A stretch of 61,129 bases of DNA, filler included, from Sphacelaria rigidula (Eukaryota), in the NCBI GenBank assembly GCA_964200075.2. It is 9 parts of 9 records of this genome, joined end to end, with 100 filler letters (N's around TTAATTAATTAA, not from the genome) between each part and the next. Parts side by side here need not be neighbours in the genome. Positions count along the whole stretch, not along the records: positions 1 to 6,704 come from CAXNAA020018507.1; positions 6,805 to 13,508 come from CAXNAA020018508.1; 7 more parts are not named here. The stretch is one strand, 5' to 3'. Both the position numbers and the translations under genes were made by a program. Shown here piece by piece: positions 1-11,990 of this stretch (position 1 is the stretch's first letter; the number at the start of each line of letters is the position of its first letter). The notes beneath the pieces are model-generated. The model saw nothing but the letters and a program-made list of their open reading frames with translations, ran no database searches and was not told the DNA's origin.

Positions 1-722
1 GAATATTGCACCATTGTACGAGATAAGCGTTGTGTCCATTAATGCAGGCACAACCCGCCGCAGAGAGCCTCGAAAAGCCTACTCTCAATCGCACCATCCA
101 CTCTCAATCTCACGAAACTACTGTTATATGTACCTTGGAGTTGACACAGATATACGGTAGGGCACCTGAAGGTACACGTTTCACTATTATGATGCCAATG
201 TTGTCATTTCACCTGCACGGGTGGCAGCCGGTACAGGCTATTCATATTCATATCGTCCCTCGATTATAGATAAGTCGAACGACGTTTGTACAACGTGGGT
301 TAAGTTTGAAAACGGATGGCACGACATGAAGGTAGGTTTCACAATGCGAAACTAGACGAAAAACGCGTGCATTTACAACTCGATTCACGATGTACGCAGG
401 TTGGTTATTTTGTGCTTGACCTATGGGGACGCCCATGAAACATGTAACACTAGCAATTACTCGAGTACATCTACTTCGCACTCCATGTATGGTATGTCCC
501 CCGCAAAAGCATACGCATTTCCGGCGCAGCTCGGATGGCCTATCAACAAGCGTCACATTGTCCCACTTCACTCCGTTCTCGCCCCGGCGCAGTGTGTCCG
601 AGATATTGTCAGAAACCTGTTTGTCCGTTTCCCTTTTCCTGGGGTGTGCTGCGATTGTCCGACTCTATAGCTGTCGCTAAGCAGGCAGCGATTGTCCTGT
701 ACCATACAATTGTGCTATAGAC

Positions 723-3700
723 CTCTGCCGACTGGTCCTCAGCATGATCATGCTCTTCGTCCAGCTGGCGAGGCTTGGCCATTTCCCTTACGCCGCCCTT
801 GCTTTGTAGTCGACCGCATACGAAACCTCGGCTTGTCTTGGCACCTTGCAGGTTTGCAGGTGCTGCGCTGGAGGGGTGCCGAGAGCCTCGCTTCACTCTC
901 CTGTTTAAGTGGGCGATGGCGTCCACATTTTGGGCATTCACGTTGATATCAGCGTTATCTGTGCCCTTACCAGATCCCTGTTGAGCAACAGGTGAGGTTG
1001 TTGGATAACGACTGGGAACCACTTCTGGCGCTGCTTTTCTCGGAGAACGTAAATGCTGCTTAGTTTGATTCGGACGCACTGGGGTCGACATTTTGCCGAG
1101 ATAATAGTCACAGGCAGGTTCTTGGACTTCGTCGTTCGTTCTGGCGCAAGCATCAATGGACGTGGTGAAACGCGTGGGCACATCGTCTTCAGAAGCGTAT
1201 CTTTCGCCAGAAAGGTTACGCCGATCATCCGAGGTACATGTTGATGGGGTTCCTTTTATTTGGTGGACTTGTTGACTACCAATGCTTCCACTGTGATTTG
1301 TCGACGTCACATTCCCCGCGCGAGAGAGAGATGCTTCTGATGCCAGCACTGTATACGAATAAGATGCCTCTCCCTCAGAACTGCCTTGCTCATGATGAGG
1401 AGAAGTACGACTCCATTCTTTCCCGCCTGTCTGTGAAACACTGACTGCTGAAGCTTGGGGTGACGGCGACTGCTTCCAAGCTCCATCGACCACTTGATCA
1501 GCTGTGGCCTTTTCGGAGGCAGGACCCTTGGTATTCCTACACAAAAAATGCGACGATTCACCCAAATCAAGTCATGTTGACAGTCTGGCCATCCGCAATA
1601 AGTCGTAAGCATTGCTTCAAAAAAGGCCAACTGTCTTCATCAGGGATATGAGTCATCGGATAGAAAAGACTGAACGAAAGAACCTGCAAGTACGATTAAC
1701 AAGAACTACGATGATGAATGTGTAAATGTAACCACGAACATCTCGTTGGTAAGCCTGGACCTTGCTCAAGACCGTAGCAAAGAAAACAGGCAACCTCAGG
1801 CAGAACCATTGTGGTAGGAACCGGAGTAGTACTATCCAGTACACCGGGTACTTCTCCGAATCATTAAGTGCCCACACATGCAACAACGCGTTCCTACTTC
1901 CGAATATTGTAGTCGACAACATGATTAATGTCAATTGTTTTGACTCCCACGTGTAATCTGTCAATTTGATTGCAGCACTGCTCAACATATCATACCCGGA
2001 GGCGTTTTCTTGTGTGACTTGGTCAGCATCAGTATCTGCTAACAACACCGAGCCCTCCTGCTCGCTGTCAGAGTGAACACCTTCTAGCATCTTGTCTGCC
2101 CAGCACATAACTAGTTCAGGGCTATCCCCACCATCGCCGGAGTCGTCCACCTCAGAAGCGGTTTGTGGCACCGGATACTGAGGCAGGGTGGATTGAGGTA
2201 GGGCAGTACCGGCATATGGTAAAGAGTTTGCGGGCGAGTGCGATGCTTGTTCCGCCTTTAGAAGTTGCTCGCAGGACGATTTCTCGTTCATGCTTCTAGA
2301 CGCAGTTTCTCCGGGCCCGTTGTCTGAAATGGTGTCAATCGCTGCTGGGGAGTCTTCCGGTGGTGTGGAAACGCCACAGGTCTGATTGATCGATGTATTC
2401 ATGGCTCCGTCGAAGAGTCCCCACGCCTGTGCGATGCTCGTGGCCACACACGCTTCAGGTGCTAGCGTTGATGCTCAAAAACGACACCGAGACCGTTGGG
2501 AAATGAAACATTCGATGAAGCAAGAGTTAGAACCAGAGGACGACTAAGAGAGCACGAAAAATCATGAACCAAGAGTAGATTGGATGGCGCAAACTTCATA
2601 GATCCGCGTATAAGCAAGGAAACAAGATTCCCCTTCCTCGATAGACTGTTGTTCAGAGCTGACCCCTACCTAACATGGAAGTCATATTCAATAGCAACGT
2701 TTCGCAAGAAGTGTAACGTTATATACACCGATTTCTAGTACACATTCCCTAAACGTGCTATCCATGAACCGCAACTGGATCGCCTCCCTATTGTCACACC
2801 CTACGCATCATTTTGCGACTCGACGCACTGTGAGATTAGTCGTGCGGCTAGCCACGCAAAACGTTTCATCGAACGACAAGCGCCCGAAATCAAGGCACAT
2901 GAGGGCTCGTTTAATATTATATACAACATGGGTTCAATGATCTGCTACTACTTCACAGGCGCTTCTATCCTCCAGCCATCGTACCTGGAGCTCTATCAGT
3001 TGCAGGGAATACGTCAGTGGCAGGGGGCTTTCCCAGGTGTATGTAGCTCGTTTGCACATGGTGTGGATTTCCGATGGAATCGTCGGGTTCAGATAGATGG
3101 AGCTGAGAAGTTGACGAGCACAAAAATGCAAAGAACTGAGAACGAGTGCAATTTTGGGCCAAGACATCTTCGGCGTGGACCATCGATGGTGCCATACCTC
3201 GGTACAGTAAGTTCCAAAGCAAACAAGGTATGTGGCCGTAGAAAAAAATTACTTTGTCTATACCGTGCCACGCATACGCACCTCGGGCGTCGCCTCAAAC
3301 GACCCCTCCACCACCTCCATTCGATCGAGCTCAGCTTGCTGATTTGAGAGTTGGCTACAAAGAAGAGAAAAGGAACACGCGAACTTTGTGGATGACCACG
3401 CTTGAGGTAAATGCGCACCTAGCACATGATCTTCTACTGAAGACGTATCTGGCCGCCTGGTGTCGCGTTGCGATGTAAGTAGCCAATACTCCTGAACGGC
3501 TAGTCGTACGTGAGAATCACACAGCTGTACTAGGGGGTCGATCTCTTTATCGGCTGCAACCAGGTGCCAACACCGATAGCATATTTCTGCGTGTGTATGA
3601 CAACCTCTTCCCGTGGTTTAACGTGGGTATACTCGATCTACGCCGACAACGACAACGTTTCGGAGGTATTGCCAGATACGAGTGATCAGATCCCCAACGA

Positions 3701-5691
3701 AAAATACCTGTCTACGAGAGAGTGATGTGTCGTCGCCGAATATCCTCCGCCAAAGGGTCGACCTTCAACATCCATCAATTTCCATTCATTGCTGGTGGCG
3801 GGCACAGGCGGGCGACTCCCAAAACCCCCCCCACCAAAGCTGGGAAATCCGACGCCGCCAGTGTCTAACGATTTGAAAGGAAGGCGGTCACTGGTGACCT
3901 TGTCTGTGGTTCTGCGGAGCGATGTCTGAATCGTGGGTGATGTGGGCGGGTGGTGAAGTATTCCCTGAGCGAAGGTAGGTGCATTTTGGAACGGAGATCC
4001 ATCGGCCTCTACCTCGACGCCAGAATCAAAGAATCGGAGAGCACCAACAGCCTGATTGTGGTTAAGGAACACCGGAGAAGATCGAGAAGGAAAAGTTGCC
4101 GTCATGGGGCGTTCTTGTTCGCCTCCGAAAAAGTGAGCCGCGTTATGGATATATGAGCGAAGCGACACGAAGTCGACGGGATAGTGATCGGATGGTTGAA
4201 ACAAAAAGGTGTTTTGAGCCACTTCTGCATCAGAAAGTATCGCTGAAGCGTCGCTGCAACAGCGAAGGTTTTGTGGGTGCTGTTGGGATAGACATGGCGT
4301 ACGCTTTCACATTATTCAACAATGGTTTCGCCGGCAGGAACGGCAACCACGAGTTTTTAAGGCCATGTTATGTACCCAAGAATCCCGACGTTTCGCGCAG
4401 TCAAACATCCTCCTCCCCCGGGGTGTCGTAGGGTCACTTAGAAGCAGTAGCGCATATCACGGGTTTTTACCTGGACAACATTTTGCGTCCGGTCAAGTTT
4501 TTAAATATTACGGGGGGTTGCAAAAGCGATAGTACCCTTGTGAGAAGAGCGCAAGTTCCCGATAGTTGGCAAGTTCGTGGTCACATATCGCAGGGTGTCC
4601 TAAGACGGGATCTTACAAATTGGGGATGGATCTTTTATTGGGGATGAGAAATCCGGAGAATTAATGTCTTCGTATCCACACCAAATCTTCTCAACATGAT
4701 TTCATTTTTTCGCATACTGATAGCTATTGACAACTGCTACACGCTAGATAAACTTGGCTTTCGATCACCGAAATGTTGGGGTCCTAGGTGAAAAACCAAT
4801 TTTGGGGAATTTCGGGTGTCCGAACGGACGCCAAAATGGTTCCAAAATTGGATTTACACCCAGGACCCCAAAATTTCGGTGATCGAAATTCAAATTTCTA
4901 TGGCGTGCAGCAGTTATCAATAGCTATCAGTAGGGTAAGAAACAGAACCATATTTCGGAGATTTGGTGTGACTACGAAGATTTTAGTTCTCCGGGTTTCT
5001 CATCCCCAATAAAGGATTCATCCCCAATTTGTAAGATCCCGTGTTTCTTGCTACGATCCTTTAACTAACCGAGTCTTCGCTCAACTCGTTCCGCGGGCAG
5101 CTGAATGAAGTATGCCCTTCAGCAGCACTGGCATCACCAACCCCACCACCTAAGTCACTGTTTTCGCCGAGTAGACACTCCTCGTAACCTCCACAGGACT
5201 TCGCCTCCTGATCATCGTGCCCACCAGGAAACACCAGCCTCCTCTTTTCCGCCGGAAGGGCGCCCCGAAACAGAGCGTTCAGAAGTGGGGAGCTGGTCAA
5301 GGGAGCATCGCTCTGTGGCTGCTGGTGCTGGGTAAGACTTCCTAACGAAGTCGGGCGGCTTTGTGAGCGAGCACCGCCGCATATCGGGCCACTTGGGGCA
5401 GGGGTGTTTGTCTGGTCAAAGTCCCCACCGGTAGCAACCGCGATATCGTAGGTGAATCTTGAGTGGACGCCGGCGTTGAGCGGCGGGGTGATGTCGAGGT
5501 CAAGTAGACCAGCGGCTTCTCCAAGAGACGCAGGGGTGTCGTTTGAACGCGCACCTGATCTGGGCTGTGACGATGGAGTACTCGTGTTGGTGGGTAGAAC
5601 CCTAGTCGCCATTGGTGACTCATCAGAAGGAGAAGAAACGGTCAGTTGGGGTCCTACTGCAGGATTGGCAACACTCCAACGGGACTTTAGT
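723..5691 (-). CDS. Multi-exon hypothetical protein, Ser/Pro/Gly-rich and probably disordered (partial gene)
   Basis: Five GT-AG exons join in consistent phase without stops: 4253-3708, 3354-3282, 3102-2985, 2461-1951, 1536-723. Probable upstream exons lie at ~5691-5070 and ~6290-6143, but their phase link is not resolved. No domain recognised. Confidence 0.65.
4605..5042. mobile_element. Palindromic (foldback) MITE inside an intron
   Basis: Starts ACGGGATCTTACAAATTGGGGATG and ends CATCCCCAATTTGTAAGATCCCGT. The two halves are imperfect reverse complements almost to the centre. Relatives at 27340-27938. Confidence 0.85.
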
Positions 5692-6704
5692 CTGACGACA
5701 TCTGACGACTGCGCGACGAGGGCGCACGGGAGGCGAAACGTACAGGCGCGGAGATCGTCAGAGGGCGACATTTGTCTTGCGTCATGAAAAAATGGTATCC
5801 AACCAATGCGGTCCATCATACTACGTTATGGCGGAGAGCCGCGTGTATTAGAGGTCGTAAGCACGACACACTGTGGCGGTTTGGGCGGCTGCTGCAGATT
5901 GAAGTATTGGCTAGCACTTGTGCTCAGTAAGTTGGTAATGTTCATGATGGCAGTCAAATCGTGACACATTTTGTATCCAAGAGAGCACCCCTTCTGTCCG
6001 CCAAAAAACACCCATCTCATCGTCAGGAGCAAGAGTCCGAACTGATCAGGCGAAGTCCTTGTTTCCACCATGCCTAACCAACATATTTGTGCCAAGATAG
6101 TGATACTTATACGCACATATGAATGTGTTTGTATATAGCACCTGACAAGATGAAATGCGTCGATCTCTCCTAGCTGTCGGCTGCTGCTGCAGCACCCTCC
6201 GGCTAGCGGCAACCTTTGCGAAGTGCTTAGCTCGCTGTTCACGTGTTTTTTGCGTTCGTTTGACCCTTTTTCTGCGAACGAAAGCAGCGGGTACATGCAC
6301 GGACATACACACCGTACGTGATGTGCTCGATGCTGCGCGATAGCAGATAATTCAGGAGCGATCATGAGTACTCAACGGAGCTATCTGTTTCTTGTCCTTC
6401 ACTCTACATGCAGTAGTGCCAACTGTTCATCGCAGCGTAGCTGGCGCAAAATGTGCATGTCCCTCGTGTAAAAACAGAGGATTCTATAAAATGAGGTTCA
6501 TCAATGAAATGAGGTTTGAGCTCAAAACAGTACTTTCTCCACGCTTTCAGCGATGGTGCCCGATGACTTTCTTGTCAGCCTAATGCCCCTCGATCACGTA
6601 GATACTTCTTCAGCGCATTTTATCGACTCTGTGAGTTTACAGCGCTATCCGAAACCGCCATTTCTACTTATTTTTTAGGGGGGGGGGGGGGGGGGACATA
6701 GGAG

Positions 6705-6804
6705 NNNNNNNNNNNNNNNNNNNNNNNNNNNNNNNNNNNNNNNNNNNNTTAATTAATTAANNNNNNNNNNNNNNNNNNNNNNNNNNNNNNNNNNNNNNNN
6801 NNNN
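6705..6804. other. Artificial contig-joining spacer N44-TTAATTAATTAA-N44 (first of 8)
   Basis: Identical 100-bp spacers at 6705-6804, 13509-13608, 20312-20411, 27115-27214, 33918-34017, 40721-40820, 47524-47623 and 54327-54426. The 12-mer puts stops in all six frames. Confidence 0.99.
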
Positions 6805-6857
6805 TTTTGCCACAAAAATGGCCCAAAATACCCCCCCCCCCCCATCGTAGGATGACT

Positions 6858-7392
6858 CAACACTACCGTTGTAGTGCAACGCGCTTCGAAAATTCGAGCA
6901 AGTTCTTTTGAATGTAAAAGCCGCGGCAGCTCTAGTTTGAATATCCCTTCTGACGGTCCCAAACGGGTGCAGATAGAACGACGAAAAGCGCTGGCACCCT
7001 CCCCTCAGATGCGATTTGAGACAACTGTGGGGGTATTAGGTGAACATCACTCGGAATGAAATATGTAGAACAGTATGCAGGGATATCGTACGTACATGTT
7101 CCCCTGTTCAAACCGAAATTTCTTCGCTCGAACACTTTACACCTGTTCAACAATTAACGGCTGCTTTCCAAGAAAACAATCCGTGATAACCGGACTTCCC
7201 CTGGGTTTCAATTCTGATGCTGAGGTTGTCTCACATCCCATCTCAGGACGACGGTGCCAGCGCTTTCCGTTGCTCCATCAGCACCCGTATGGGACCGTCA
7301 GAAGGGATATTCAAACTAAAGCTGCCGCGGCTTTTACATTCAAAAGAATGGCTCGAATTTTCGAAGCACGTTGCACTACAACGGTAGTGTTG
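6858..7392. mobile_element. Non-autonomous DNA transposon with ~170-bp terminal inverted repeats
   Basis: CAACACTACCGTTGTAGTGCAACG...GAGACAAC is mirrored by GTTGTCTC...CGTTGCACTACAACGGTAGTGTTG. CACTAC near the ends is CACTA-like, but no TSD is visible. Confidence 0.85.
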
Positions 7393-8513
7393 TTCAACAG
7401 CTCCACCACGAAACCGGCTCTCCACACAATCACGGCGGAGGTGGCCATACAAGGCGTGATAGCTGGTTCAGATTAGGTGAAGCGCCTCGCATAGGAACTA
7501 CTCGTGAAACAACCCCAGGCGTCGGACTAACCCTTACCCCCGTTGTGTGTGTCTGCAGCTTCATCGTGGGGCACCCATTTGATCGAATTGACCACTCTAC
7601 TGTGGTGATGCTGTGCTGTGGTGATGGTAAATCTCAGCAGACTGCTGAATGACGCTGCGTTTCGAACATCGTTGGCGTCTGCCGCCGCATTGGATTGTTT
7701 CGCTGACGGCGGTCGTCGCCGGCGTAACAGTATGAAGTCTCTCTCAGATACACAACAAGAGGCGCTGGAAACCTCGATGACTAGTCCAAAGAAGTATGTT
7801 TTCAGCATGCTTTGTTACGTGTTCCGCAGCGCTTAGACGCAAGGGTTGCTCGATAGATGCGGCACAATGAATGAGCGTGGCTTTTCGGTTGGACTGCACG
7901 CCATCATGCTGTCGCTCCAGTGCAAAAACGTCTGGGTTAGGGGCACATGGTCGAAACCGCTTGCGACTCCAGAGCCTTTTGAACAAAGTAAATGTAATTT
8001 CGATGGTCCGTTACACCTCATAAAGATGTTGAACCTCAATAACGATTCCAGGCTGTCATTTTTTCCCTGAAGAGGACAAATTGGTACAGGAGGGGTTGAT
8101 GCCGCGGTAGCCCTCTCCCAAAATAGTGACTCGCTTGAGGAGGCCAAATCTACATGTAAGTCGAAATGACAAAAGCCGAGTACACCTTGCAGCTGGGAAC
8201 TCCCACCTTAGAATCATCTTCGCCATCGCCCACATGAGGCGCTCCATGCAATCTGAAACAAGCCATCATACACTTCATTGCCATTCTCTTCGTCAACGTT
8301 TTGGGGCTAGTTTGTTTTTTGGAGGGGGGGTGTCGCGGCATCACTCAAATGTGAATATTGTGTTCATTTAAAATGACAAGACCAATCCAGAATTTGTCAG
8401 GATTTCAGGGGGCATGTGGGGCCGGTCGCCTCGGTGGCTCAGTTGATAATCTCAAAACATTCTGACGGTTGGGTCGTGGGTTGGACTTTCGGAGCGATCT
8501 GGGAATTTTTCTC

Positions 8514-8775
8514 ACACAATGCCCAACAGTGGAGATTAGTTATGTCGTGGGTACGCAAAATTCGACGTAATGGTCGACGAGGAAGAGGGACTGCTGAACC
8601 CCACTTGCGATTAAAAATAAAGGGAGGCACCGCAGAAGGAAGGTGGAGGACTAAAAACAAAGAACAAAAAGAACTACTGTGTTGACCTTCGTCCTGTGTG
8701 ACCCCGGCTGGTGCGCTCACATATACTGAAAGGTCTAGACCGGCGTCCAGAATAGATGGAATGGCAGTACACACT
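8514..8775 (-). mobile_element. Short retroposon / LINE 3'-end-like repeat, copy 1
   Basis: Clear similarity to 38159-38385 (shared CACCGCAGAAGGAAGGTGGAG and GTGACCCCGGCTGGTGCGC...CCGGCGTCCAGAATAGA). The second copy has a TSD. Strand is inferred. Confidence 0.65.
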
Positions 8776-11489
8776 GATATATGGGTATTAGAGGCGATCT
8801 GAAAAGTCGATGAAAAATAGGGGAAAATGCCCGTAGAAACTTGAATTGAGATTTGTCAGCAAACCTTGAGTTTTTTCTTCGATATTTCGAAAAAAAATAC
8901 TCTGTACGAAACGTATCTACCCCTTAATATTCGTGTGATTTATTTTATTCTTTCATTTGTCACCCATCTATTTTCCAGATTTTTATTGATTCTTTATCAT
9001 GAAAACATCGTCGATTATTCAAAAGTGAAGTATCAGAATACTCGGAATATGTCAAATGTTGTAAAATTCCGAAAATGTGTGACGTTCAAATTCTCGGGCA
9101 TATTTTATTCTTCACGGTGATATCACGCTCACCCATGAAATCCAGGAATCAATGTGATTCAATATTTTTAGACCTTCATCAGGAATTTAATACTCAAGCA
9201 TGTACAGATAGATGCTGCTTAAACAAAGCGTTAAGACACTGATATTCGCCGCTTCTCATATAAACGTCCATCAAATGGCTTTTCAGGGAAATTCATACCA
9301 TGAAGTTCATGCTTCAATTTGTCTTCGTCGAAGCTGCGCCCAATACAGGGACATCGAGTATTTACTCTGATTTTTCCGCTGATACTTCCGCTCCGAGCCA
9401 GTGGATACTAGATATAACTCCTAACCCTATATGAATATATAGGGCATTATAGAAAGAACATACTATTCTTCGTTCAAGCAAAGGAACCGTGAGAGCACAC
9501 TGTTGGAATTGCAAATAGTCGCACTTGGCGCACAACGTGTTCACGTGATCAAGGGTTCCACAATGTATTCTAGCAGTTTGCTGATCCATATCTTACTCAA
9601 CTCATTCACTTGTTGTATTTTTTTTGAAAATATAGAGCCAGTCAGTGCGTCCCATGATGCGCACGCGCACTTCGAGAGGGTGCATAGGGCAAATGCGTAG
9701 GAGTAACACACGATATACCGGGGATATCAGCTCATTCTCTTCCCCAAATGCACCGACTTTCAACTGTGAGGGCCTGCTTTGCTTGTAAAAGTACGGAACC
9801 CCCTGATATGGCTAATACCGTTTGTTTGACGCATGTCTCGGTATGTTACAGTTCTTGTAGAGTACCTGTATCCACGGCGTGTTTTCTTGAATGGGCTACA
9901 GTATCCATATTGTGACGTGTCCAATTTCACGTAGGAAACATTTCTTCCAAGTGTACCAATAATAGTATATCCGAGATACACCTTGCTCTCGGCAGATCCG
10001 CTCCTGGAGATTCTGCGCGTTTACTTTCTTTACGGCGCAGCGTGTACACGGTATGATAAGCCTTGTGTACCACTTACAAAGACCTTACTCAGTGGCATGT
10101 AACAAGAGAGATCGCAGCTCTGGTTTTTGCAAGCTAGGCCGTGTATGGTATACACGATAGGATATATTCTTATCACAGCGGTTGTTTCCTCATTGCGCCA
10201 TGTGTGCTCACATATACTTTCATCCGCGAGTCTATATCGCTGTTTGGGAAGAAATTGATTGTCCAAGATAGGTGTCCACCCCCAACGTTTGAACGTGTTT
10301 TCTGTGTGGTCAATACTATGCAGGGCCCTTACGAACAGCCGATTCTAACTTTTGAGGTCGAGCACTCAAATGGGGTTTAATCCCAATTCGAAAAATCGAG
10401 AATTCACGCGAAACAGTATCACCACGCGAAAGCATCTTCGCAAGCAGAGTTTCTGTTGCAGGTATGCCGGTGTGGTTAGGTGCACCGAATGAATGCCATG
10501 CACACGCGTGTCGATGACGATATCACCAGAGGAGCAACGGCGGAGAGGAGGCTCCTCGCCGATGTCCTTTGTGTGTCCTTGTTCGGTGATTCCCAATCGC
10601 TGCAGAGACTGACATCATGTTATAGTACCCGCACATGTCCAGGTTGCCATGTGTGGGCGGGAGGGTTATTGTAGCACAGCCGCGGAAAAAAAATCGGGGG
10701 ATGCCCCGGTTGTCGTCTCCTGTCTGTGGCGCTGACCAGTGCAAATATCGATTTCTCTCTGCCTCTATGCTTCGACACGAAGTGCCTCTGCGCGCAGTAG
10801 AACACGTCATCGAAAAGCGGGATGATGTTCCCGTCACCGCTACTGTTCTCTCACACAGACATGCGAACAAGGACGGGTGCATCCTCGCGGCAAAATCGAA
10901 TGATCGGAAGCTGGGGGGTCTTATTATAGTCGTTGATTTCACCCGACGTCTGCAAAACAAGGACAACAGACAGTCTGCCACATGCCAGTTGGGGGGATGT
11001 ATTCATGAGAGATCAAATACTCGTGCAGACCTTCTTGGTATGCGGAGTGAAAAGAGATACCTCGTGTGGGTGACTTAACTATTGTTGGCGAAACCGAAAG
11101 GAGGGCTGAGGTCCTGTAATTGAGCTTTTCTACCGTCACCCGGTCACATGCACGGTGGGGGTGTCGTGGGGGTGTTTGTCGCAAAACGTTGTTATGTGAG
11201 GAGAGTCCTCCTAAGCTGAGGCAAGATATGGTTAGGAGCAGAGATGTCCTATGATTAACCACCTGCCATTGCATTCCTGACCAGCGCCGTTAAGCACTGA
11301 CCACGGACGTCTTGCCTGAGAACAGCTTTCGAGCAACGACAGGCAGAGGTAGGCAGTCAAGCCGCGGGGGTTCGTGCACATGCAGACCCGCAGTGACGCG
11401 TGCGTGCCACCTGAACTAGATGCAGGGAACAATAAAAGCATCACGCGACCTCCATCCTCACGCTGCTCAACATCCTCCCCGGCTCCTCG

Positions 11490-11990
11490 GCAGCCTCCAG
11501 GCGAGCTGGCAACCACGAAGATGAGCGGCTCTTTCGGGTCGGACATGGTTCCCTCGACGATGTAAGCGGTATCTTTTGCTTTTCGTGACGGATAACCGTA
11601 ACCAGTTGGGCCCCTCTCAGCCTCAGAGGAGTAATAAACCCCGATGATATATGCAGTGTAGGGTCGCCGGGCCGTCAAGGTTTCCAACCACAGCGTGACC
11701 TCAAGTGTCCCGCTGGCTGCTCCCCACCCCCACGAACTCCGGCGGAGTCGCAGGTACGGCGTCCCTCGAGCTGCAGCAGTCTCCTCCATCCTGCGGCCTC
11801 CATCGACAGCCTCCAGGCGAACTGGCAACCACGAAGGTGAGCGGCTCTTTCGGGTCGGGCAGAGCTCCCTCGACGATGGAAGCGGTATCTTTTGCCTTTT
11901 CGTGACGGGTAAGCATGACCAGGTGGGCCCCTCCCAGCTTAAGAGGAGTAATACATCCTGATGATATAGACTGTATAGCCTCGCAGGGCG
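11490..11990 (-). repeat. Diverged direct duplication of a ~180-bp segment, period ~320 bp, with coding character
   Basis: 11490-11670 vs 11810-11990. Minus-strand translations are RKAKDTAYIVEGTMSDPKEPLIFVVASSPGGCR and EKAKDTASIVEGALPDPKEPLTFVVASSPGGCR. Confidence 0.85.

Noticed and set aside
3686..4222. ORF as a viral capsid-like insertion
   Set aside because: Bounded by canonical splice sites and in phase with the next exon of the host gene.
6749..6760. Regularly spaced TTAATTAATTAA palindromes every ~6.8 kb as a biological periodic signal
   Set aside because: Always centred in 44+44 Ns; an assembly linker.
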